In this document: one piece after another, positions 1 through 4,224 of the stretch
How the letters are laid out: the number at the start of each line of letters is the position of its first letter
Position numbering within the stretch: the stretch's first letter is position 1
Virus record (IMG/VR): IMGVR_UViG_2693429642_000007
Span: 1 to 5,684 of that record
DNA: 5,684 bases
Strand: one strand, 5' to 3'
Origin: a virus
Lineage: Duplodnaviria; Heunggongvirae; Uroviricota; Caudoviricetes
Program-made: the position numbers and the translations under genes
The notes under the pieces: model-generated
The model's input: only the letters and a program-made list of their open reading frames with translations
Database searches by the model: none
What the model was told of the DNA's origin: nothing

Positions 1-2
1 AG

Positions 3-218
3 ATACAGCGCGTATACGATGAAAATCACAAGGTATACGGTGTGCGTAAAGTCTGGCGTCAGTTGTTACGGGAAGGAATCAGGGTGGCCAGATGTACAGT
101 GGCACGTCTCATGGCGGTTATGGGACTTGCCGGTGTTCTCCGGGGTAAAAAGGTCCGTACGACCATCAGCCGGAAAGCCGTTGCCGCAGGCGACCGCGTA
201 AACCGTCAGTTCGTGGCC
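3..218 (+). mobile_element. Truncated IS3-family transposase OrfB fragment (N-terminal region only; enters from left edge, similarity ends near 218)
   Basis: Frame-3 translation from position 3 reads IQRVYDENHKVYGVRKVWRQLLREGIRVARCTVARLMAVMGLAGVLRGKKVRTTISRKAVAAGDRVNRQFVA, which fits the conserved N-terminal pattern of IS3-family OrfB transposases (YG.RK.W..L.REGI.V.R..V.RLM...GL.G..RGK...TT). After codon 216-218 the translation (SFAYTMVARS...) no longer resembles transposase, where I would expect the catalytic-domain continuation. No terminal inverted repeat is visible in the window. The listed ORF 42..341 is this fragment read through into unrelated sequence. Confidence 0.55.
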
Positions 219-505
219 TCATTCGCGTACACAATGGTCGCTCGCTCCAGATTGCGTCTGTATTCTTTCTGCTGCCAGATCACGTCCTGTGCCATGAACT
301 TAACTGGCTTAGCGTCTTCTATGCGCTCAGGCGTTTCGTGAGTACCTTTAGCCTGAATCTGCGCTCTGCTTAGAGTAGGGCGGTGTAATACTTCTGAACT
401 TATTGCTTCTTCGCGGGCCAGTACGCCGTTAGCTAATGCCTTTACCTTTAAACGCTCACGACGACGAGAACGTGAATTGCCTTTGAACTGAGTTCTGCGT
501 GTCAT
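206..505 (-). CDS. N: N-like transcription antitermination protein (99 aa), with arginine-rich motif near the N-terminus
   Basis: ORF MTRRTQFKGNSRSRRRERLKVKALANGVL... has an arginine-rich motif at residues ~9-25 resembling the boxB-binding ARM of lambdoid N proteins (P22 N type, GNAKTRRHERRRK, from memory). Size is N-like (~100 aa). AGGAGG lies 5 nt upstream of the ATG (plus-strand cctcct at 511-516). It sits downstream of a boxB hairpin and the candidate pL, in the position of N in lambda. The last ~4 codons and the stop (206-218) lie inside the IS-derived sequence. Confidence 0.6.
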   Translation of the reverse strand: MTRRTQFKGNSRSRRRERLKVKALANGVLAREEAISSEVLHRPTLSRAQIQAKGTHETPERIEDAKPVKFMAQDVIWQQKEYRRNLERATIVYANEATN

Positions 506-670
506 ATAGACCTCCTGATGAACTTTGGTGGTGTGGTAGGTGGGAGACCCATTTCGACCTGTTTCGGCCTACTTCAATTCGGCAATAGTCCCGCAGGCCT
601 CGCCGCTTTACGTGCGACATATTCCCGTCCATGAACCCTTCACCACACCCCAAAGTTCACTTTGGTTATT

Positions 671-685
671 GCGCTTTGTCAGCGC
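671..685 (-). promoter_or_regulatory. nutL boxB RNA hairpin (GCGCU-GACAA-AGCGC on the leftward transcript)
   Basis: Plus strand reads GCGCTTTGTCAGCGC, so the minus-strand transcript reads GCGCUGACAAAGCGC: a 5-bp stem with a GACAA pentaloop, matching my recollection of the P22-type boxB. It lies ~165 nt upstream of the N start and ~60 nt downstream of the candidate pL start. A convincing boxA was not found. Confidence 0.55.
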
Positions 686-753
686 CGTAGATTCATATTC
701 GAATCGTTGTATATTCACCGCCCTGGTGAGTAGTGCGTCCTGCTGATGGGTGA

Positions 754-797
754 ACTTTATCGGAATGATAAATTAATGGCAATAGCAAAATGATAAA
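754..797 (-). promoter_or_regulatory. Candidate pL promoter with OL operators (17-bp palindromic sites, consensus TTTATC-N5-GATAAA)
   Basis: On the minus strand: -35 TTGCCA (plus 777-782), 17-nt spacer, -10 TAAAGT (plus 754-759). A perfect palindromic 17-mer TTTATCGGAATGATAAA (756-772) overlaps the spacer and -10. A second site AATAGCAAAATGATAAA (781-797) lies just upstream of the -35. The layout is identical to the pR/OR1 arrangement at 3252-3280. A possible weaker third site is at 853-869. Confidence 0.45.
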
Positions 798-973
798 TTC
801 TCTTGGTTTTCAAATATCGTATTGATTCTTATGGTGTTTTATTTTGTTGTAGGAATTCGACAGGATAAATAAAGAGATTTGAGGGAGATCTGGATTGCGT
901 TGTTTAGCAAGTTGTATCTATCAGTTTTTCAATAAATACAATCGATTATGTGTTTTTAGGTGGGCGAACGTGG

Positions 974-1002
974 GGCAAAGAAAACCCGGCGCTGAGGCCG
1001 GG
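974..1002 (-). terminator. Rho-independent terminator ending the leftward cI-higB-higA-secB operon
   Basis: Inverted repeat CCCGGC-gctgag-GCCGGG at 985-1002. On the minus strand the hairpin is followed by TTTTCTTTG (plus-strand A-rich 976-984). It lies 10 nt downstream of the secB-like stop codon (1012-1014). Confidence 0.5.
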
Positions 1003-1011
1003 TGGGGAATT

Positions 1012-1416
1012 TCACTTATTACTGTTCGTTTCCATGGGATTGGCCAAGAAATCAAAATAAGGCAGAGTGAACCTACCAAGGTTTGACATGAGGATAATTT
1101 GCTCGGCATATGTTTTTATATAGGGATATGCCATATTGGGAGCAATGGACCTTACCTCATATGATTTTGCCATTTCATGAGAAAAATCATCTTCTGACCG
1201 GAAGTCAAAGTCGTATGTGATGTCCATCTCAAGCCTGCCTTCAATAGTTACGGAGGCAAAATATCTCACTCTAAATAGCTTTGAATCCTTCACATTAGTG
1301 TAAAGTTCATTATTTAGATTAACGGTTGTTTTTATGGATTTTTTTGCTGTTGAATCGCCTTCTAGCCGTGTCATAACCAAGCGTTCAACTTTTTTGCTAA
1401 TGAGTTCAATTTTCAT
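1012..1416 (-). CDS. SecB-like chaperone (134 aa), third gene of a toxin-antitoxin-chaperone (TAC) module
   Basis: The C-terminal half ...SIAPNMAYPYIKTYAEQIILMSNLGRFTLPYFDFLANP aligns by eye with E. coli SecB ...[36 protein letters not shown] (PN..[FY]PY.[RK]....G.F..L.L...FD). The N-terminal region has a beta-strand-like pattern comparable to SecB. Its start ATG (1414-1416) overlaps the stop of the upstream antitoxin gene as ATGA, indicating translational coupling. Confidence 0.65.
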   Translation of the reverse strand: MKIELISKKVERLVMTRLEGDSTAKKSIKTTVNLNNELYTNVKDSKLFRVRYFASVTIEGRLEMDITYDFDFRSEDDFSHEMAKSYEVRSIAPNMAYPYIKTYAEQIILMSNLGRFTLPYFDFLANPMETNSNK

Positions 1417-2069
1417 GGTAATAATAAGTAATTTCCGTCAGAAGTCATTTCGTCATTCAGGTTGCTAGCCGCTGTGAAACTTGATGACAAGTTACTTATC
1501 AAAGAAAAAACATTCCGTTTTTCTTTGCATTTGCCGTTACCCCTTACTGCGCTGAACAACATTTTTGAAAAGTAAGATTCTGTAGCCTTTTCAGCGAAAT
1601 AAGCAGAAGGTGATGTGACGGCTGACTCACACCGAGCAATGACGCTAGTCATGGCTGTTTCTTCTTCCTCTGCGTCAACTAGGCTCCATTCAATTGCGCT
1701 CATATCTTGAATTAAGATATCTGCAGGAATTCCAAGTCCGTCATGTAGTCTACGGATCATTGAAAGACTTAATGGACGCTTACGATTTAAGACCTCAGAT
1801 ACTTTAGATGCTGAGCCAATGTATTGTTTCATATCGGCATAAGAGAGGCCTTGTTGATCCATACGGAACTTGATTGCTTCTATGGGATCTGGCTTGTCCA
1901 TAGGGAACTCGCGTGACTCATAGTGCTCGATAAGCAAGCCTAGTAGTTCAAACTCATCAAAATCTTCAGTTCCAGGTTGTAAATCACTAGACGCAAGTTC
2001 AATGAGCCTTTCCATAGCTGCAGCATGCTCTTCACTATTTTTAATGATGCGCCAGCTAGTTCGATTCAT
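1413..2069 (-). CDS. higA: HigA-like HTH antitoxin (218 aa) with ~95-aa C-terminal extension (candidate chaperone-addiction region)
   Basis: Residues ~1-120 (...EAIKFRMDQQGLSYADMKQYIGSASKVSEVLNRKRPLSLSMIRRLHDGLGIPADILIQD) resemble E. coli HigA/YgjM-type antitoxins (HTH_XRE near the C-terminus of the conserved part). Canonical HigA ends about there, whereas this ORF continues ~95 aa (acidic linker DAEEEETAM, then a Ser/Phe-rich tail). Its start overlaps the higB stop as ATGA (2066-2069) and its stop overlaps the secB-like start as ATGA. Confidence 0.7.
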   Translation of the reverse strand: MNRTSWRIIKNSEEHAAAMERLIELASSDLQPGTEDFDEFELLGLLIEHYESREFPMDKPDPIEAIKFRMDQQGLSYADMKQYIGSASKVSEVLNRKRPLSLSMIRRLHDGLGIPADILIQDMSAIEWSLVDAEEEETAMTSVIARCESAVTSPSAYFAEKATESYFSKMLFSAVRGNGKCKEKRNVFSLISNLSSSFTAASNLNDEMTSDGNYLLLP

Positions 2070-2353
2070 TTAAGCCTCCACTTGTCGTACTCTGCATGAG
2101 TTCCAACTCTTTCAACTATGACCATTCCTGCCTGGTAAACAACTTGGACAACGAGCCGATAGTTATTGCCTTTTATATTAAAAATTACCCTGTTGTTAGG
2201 AAGGAAGTCGGCAGAATTAAATCTATTCCGTATGTCTTGAGTCGTTTTCCAGTTTTCTCTTATCACTTCATCATACCAAGAGTCTAAAGCCCCCTTGGCC
2301 TGATTGTGCTTCTGGCTAAAACTGTGAAGCTTCTCTACGTTTAAGACCTTCAT
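2066..2353 (-). CDS. higB: HigB-like toxin (RelE/ParE superfamily mRNA interferase, 95 aa)
   Basis: MKVLNVEKLHSFSQKHNQAKGALDSWYDEVIRENWKTTQDIRNRFNSADFLPNNRVIFNIKGNNYRLVVQVVYQAGMVIVERVGTHAEYDKWRLK aligns by eye along its length with E. coli HigB (YgjN): ...FNVGGNELRVVAMVFF...IREVMTHKEYD. The toxin-first gene order is typical of higBA. Confidence 0.75.
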   Translation of the reverse strand: MKVLNVEKLHSFSQKHNQAKGALDSWYDEVIRENWKTTQDIRNRFNSADFLPNNRVIFNIKGNNYRLVVQVVYQAGMVIVERVGTHAEYDKWRLK

Positions 2354-2375
2354 AATCCGATTTTGTTCCCTCTTT

Positions 2376-2407
2376 GGGAATTATAGATTCATTTCCCATA
2401 AAGGGAA
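2376..2407 (-). promoter_or_regulatory. Candidate internal promoter/operator for the higB-higA-secB module
   Basis: A perfect TATAAT on the minus strand (plus-strand attata at 2380-2385) lies ~27 nt upstream of the higB ATG. The -35 is poor. A perfect inverted repeat TTCCC-ATAAA-GGGAA (2393-2407) sits adjacent, with a further GGGAA half-site at 2376-2380; this is a plausible antitoxin operator. Confidence 0.3.
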
Positions 2408-2489
2408 TCTGTATTTTTATCCAGAAATGCTATGTACATCACCCAAACGTCTCTTCAGGCCACTGGTTACCAGCTATGTGACGATGAAG

Positions 2490-3194
2490 TCACGAACTTT
2501 TCAGCCACTCCCTTGCCTCGATGTCATCCAGATGGCGAGATTGCTTCAGAATACCAGCTACATACTCCACCTTTGCTACTTGATGATAAGGCAACGTTAT
2601 AGGCCTGTGATCCTGGTTAATGCTTGTAAATTGGTATTCTCCATCTCTGTCATAGCCAAGAACCTTAATCATGTTGTGTCCTTCAACGGTTCTGACAAAC
2701 ACCTCATCACCCGGGAATACTTTGGTGTTAGGCTCAATGAGTACATATTCTCCTGATTTTATTCTGGGCCACATGCTGTCTCCTTTCACACGAAGACCAA
2801 AGGCATCTGGATCATCGCTATAAATTTTGAGCCACCCATCGCGCTCTTCGGTCATCTCGATGGCACCATCAACACCAAGAATTGCCTCACCAACCACGCG
2901 CACTAACCCTTTTCTTACCTGACCGACAAAAGTTAAAGAATCTGAGAATGATGCAATTGGTGTTACATCATGTACCAAATCAAGCCACCCATTAGGTAAC
3001 CCAAGCGCGGCTTCAAATTTTCTTGCTAGTTTATCCCCTATGTTTCGAGTGCTTTTTTCACCGGAGACTTGCGTGAGTTGAGAAGGGCTAACCCCAAGCT
3101 TATCGGCAAAGCTTGCATTAGTGTTACCCGCGATTTTTTTATGCTCATCTAGCAAAAACGCCAGATTCGATTTGCGAATATCTTTGTTTTCCAT
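2490..3194 (-). CDS. cI: CI-type prophage repressor (N-terminal HTH, C-terminal S24/LexA-like peptidase domain; 234 aa)
   Basis: The N-terminus has an HTH (...FADKLGVSPSQLTQVSGEK...). The C-terminal domain has the S24 signature GDSMWP (Ser nucleophile) and a Lys ~37 residues later (MIKVLG). It is divergently arranged from the cro-like gene across an operator-rich intergenic region. A GAGGG RBS lies upstream of the ATG. Confidence 0.85.
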   Translation of the reverse strand: MENKDIRKSNLAFLLDEHKKIAGNTNASFADKLGVSPSQLTQVSGEKSTRNIGDKLARKFEAALGLPNGWLDLVHDVTPIASFSDSLTFVGQVRKGLVRVVGEAILGVDGAIEMTEERDGWLKIYSDDPDAFGLRVKGDSMWPRIKSGEYVLIEPNTKVFPGDEVFVRTVEGHNMIKVLGYDRDGEYQFTSINQDHRPITLPYHQVAKVEYVAGILKQSRHLDDIEAREWLKSS

Positions 3195-3307
3195 CTCACA
3201 ATTTTCCCTCTATTTAGCAAATGGATAAATACGCAATATGATAAATTTACATTGCGGTTGATTTATCAAAATGGTAAAGTTGTTCTGTGTGATAAACGGA
3301 GGCACTA
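3195..3307. promoter_or_regulatory. Immunity switch region: OR operators with divergent pRM (leftward) and pR (rightward)
   Basis: Repeated 17-mers share the GATAAA / TTTATC half-site: TTTAGCAAATGGATAAA (3213-3229), ATACGCAATATGATAAA (3229-3245, weak left half) and TTTATCAAAATGGTAAA (3263-3279). Candidate pR: -35 TTGCGG (3252-3257), 17-nt spacer, -10 TAAAGT (3275-3280), with the operator overlapping the -10 exactly as at pL. The cro RBS GGAGG is at 3298-3302. The pRM hexamers could not be placed confidently. Confidence 0.5.
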
Positions 3308-3541
3308 ATGAGTAATGAACTACTACGCTGGCGAAAAGAGGCTTCTAGCGAGGAATGGAAGCGACTCGCCGCATTAGCGAAAACTTCAGTTGGCTATCTT
3401 GACCAGATTGCATATGGATTTCGAAGAGCTTCCCCTGATAAAGCGAATGCAATCGAAGAAGCTACTCGTAATTTCACGGGTTATAAACCTGTGAAAAAGG
3501 AAAACCTAGTGTTCGTATCGCGTAGAGCATCGGCTGCATAA
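3308..3541 (+). CDS. cro: Cro-like small HTH regulator (77 aa), first gene of the rightward early operon
   Basis: Called by position: divergent from cI, immediately downstream of the OR/pR candidate, with GGAGG 5 nt upstream of the ATG. The protein is small and basic with an HTH-like stretch (LAALAKTSVGYLDQIAYG). It does not resemble lambda or P22 Cro from memory, so family assignment is uncertain. Confidence 0.55.
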   Translation: MSNELLRWRKEASSEEWKRLAALAKTSVGYLDQIAYGFRRASPDKANAIEEATRNFTGYKPVKKENLVFVSRRASAA

Positions 3542-3548
3542 GTAACAC

Positions 3549-3594
3549 CGCTATTTTCACAATGGACATTCGTCCTACGTCGCTGACAAAGCGA
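3549..3594 (+). promoter_or_regulatory. nutR: boxB hairpin UCGCU-GACAA-AGCGA (3580-3594) with a possible boxA-like CGCTATTT (3549-3556)
   Basis: TCGCTGACAAAGCGA has a 5-bp stem and the same GACAA loop as the nutL boxB at 671-685. It lies just downstream of the cro stop, as nutR does in lambdoid phages. The boxA assignment is weak: one mismatch to CGCTCTTT and an unusually long 24-nt spacer. Confidence 0.5.
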
Positions 3595-3623
3595 GTCCCA
3601 ATATATCTGACCAACTAAGGCCA

Positions 3624-3641
3624 TATGCGTTTCCACGCATA
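3624..3641 (+). terminator. Hairpin between cro and cII (possible tR1-like pause or terminator structure)
   Basis: TATGCGT-ttcc-ACGCATA is a perfect 7-bp stem with a 4-nt loop, followed by CCTTTCAAC, which is only weakly U-rich. tR1 is rho-dependent in lambda, so function is uncertain. Confidence 0.2.
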
Positions 3642-3679
3642 CCTTTCAACTAACTATTCACTATTGGAAATATTAAGAA

Positions 3680-4045
3680 ATGACACAAACAAGTTACAGC
3701 AAACTATCACAGCGTGACGTTGATCGCGCAGAAACAGATTTACTCATCAACCTATCAACGCTTACCCAGCGCGGTCTGGCAAAGATGATTGGCTGTCATG
3801 AATCGAAGATAAGCAGAACGGACTGGAGACTTACCCAGCGCGGTCTGGCAAAGATGATTGGCTGTCATGAATCGAAGATAAGCAGAACGGACTGGAGATT
3901 TATTGCTTCGGTCTTGTGTGCTTTCGGAATGGCATCAGACATCAGTCCGATTAGCAGGGCTTTTAAGTATGCGCTTGCTGAAATCACAAAGAAAAAACGC
4001 CCGGCGGCAACCGAGCGTTCTGAACAAATCCAGATGGAATTCTGA
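3680..4045 (+). CDS. cII: CII-like lysogeny-establishment activator (121 aa) containing an internal 23-aa tandem duplication
   Basis: The C-terminus ...[17 protein letters not shown] matches the lambda CII C-terminus as I recall it. The N-terminal and HTH regions are divergent from lambda. Without the duplication the length would be 98 aa, against 97 for lambda CII. Position after cro and nutR is as expected. Confidence 0.8.
   Translation: MTQTSYSKLSQRDVDRAETDLLINLSTLTQRGLAKMIGCHESKISRTDWRLTQRGLAKMIGCHESKISRTDWRFIASVLCAFGMASDISPISRAFKYALAEITKKKRPAATERSEQIQMEF
3761..3898 (+). repeat. Perfect 69-bp direct tandem duplication (2 copies: 3761-3829 and 3830-3898) inside cII, in frame
   Basis: Both copies read cttacccagcgcggtctggcaaagatgattggctgtcatgaatcgaagataagcagaacggactggaga with no mismatch (checked base by base). 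This duplicates the peptide [23 protein letters not shown]. Confidence 0.95.
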
Positions 4046-4067
4046 GGGAATTACTGGATCAATCCAC
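3991..4067 (-). ncRNA. oop: OOP-like antisense RNA (candidate), with its terminator hairpin at 3998-4017 inside the cII 3' end
   Basis: On the minus strand CGCUCGG-UUGCCG-CCGGGCG (7-bp stem with one G-U) is followed by UUUUUU (plus-strand A run 3992-3997). This matches the lambda oop terminator arrangement, which is antisense to the cII 3' end. A CATAAT -10 on the minus strand (plus 4075-4080, overlapping the ATG at 4078) sits where lambda pO lies, but the -35 is poor. The 5' end is inferred by analogy only. Confidence 0.35.
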
Positions 4068-4077
4068 AGGAGTAATT

Positions 4078-4224
4078 ATGACAAAACAACTCAGTCCTTA
4101 CCAGGACAAAATTCACAAACACATACTACGTGATCGCTTCCTGTCCAGCTTCAAGCAGCCTGGTCGATTCCGGGCTGGGTTGGAAAAAGTGAAGCTGATG
4201 CAGAAGGAGAAAGGTCATGAGTAA
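4078..4224 (+). CDS. Small hypothetical protein (48 aa, basic) between cII and O
   Basis: ATG at 4078 is preceded by AGGAG (4068-4072) with 5-nt spacing. It reads [48 protein letters not shown], with stop TAA at 4222-4224 overlapping the O start by 8 nt. It is absent from the supplied ORF track, presumably because it is below the length cutoff. The start context matches the lambda O start region (caggagt.attATGACAAA) as I recall it. Confidence 0.35.
   Translation: MTKQLSPYQDKIHKHILRDRFLSSFKQPGRFRAGLEKVKLMQKEKGHE

Noticed and set aside
42-341. 99-aa plus-strand ORF (MRKVWRQLLREGIRVARCTV...) as an independent gene
   Set aside because: Its first ~60 residues are the internal part of the IS3-family transposase frame, which is open from position 3, and the remainder is read-through into unrelated sequence antisense to N. 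It is better described as a truncated transposase fragment.
456-746. ORFs 456..653 (-) and 540..746 (+), 65 and 68 aa
   Set aside because: They lie in the pL leader and nutL region, overlap the N start and RBS or the boxB hairpin, have no RBS and low-complexity composition. Likely spurious.
686-760. boxA element for nutL
   Set aside because: The nearest CGCTCTTT-like match on the minus strand (CGCACTAC, around 728-737) has two mismatches and ~45 nt spacing from boxB. Too weak to call.
895-1109. ORFs 895..1086 (+) and 921..1109 (-)
   Set aside because: They span the terminator hairpin and the 3' end of the secB-like gene in the wrong frame or strand, with no RBS or recognisable motif. Likely spurious.
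2463-2473. Palindrome CTGGTTACCAG near the cI stop as a terminator between cI and higB
   Set aside because: Short stem, 3-nt loop and no downstream U-tract on the minus strand. It also lies inside the cI coding sequence. Not a convincing terminator.
2096-2756. Plus-strand ORFs 2096..2287 and 2427..2756
   Set aside because: They are antisense to higB and to cI respectively, which have clear family signatures, and are low-complexity. Treated as antisense artefacts.
2490-3194. Canonical Ala-Gly RecA-stimulated autocleavage site in the CI-like repressor
   Set aside because: I could not locate an Ala-Gly at the expected position ~35 residues upstream of GDSM (the region reads ...VRVVGEAILGVDG...). 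Without an alignment I cannot conclude either that the site is variant or that the repressor is non-inducible.
3903-4133. 76-aa ORF overlapping the cII 3' end in another frame
   Set aside because: Out of frame with the well-supported CII C-terminus and running across the oop-like terminator and the RBS of the 48-aa ORF. No RBS of its own. Spurious.
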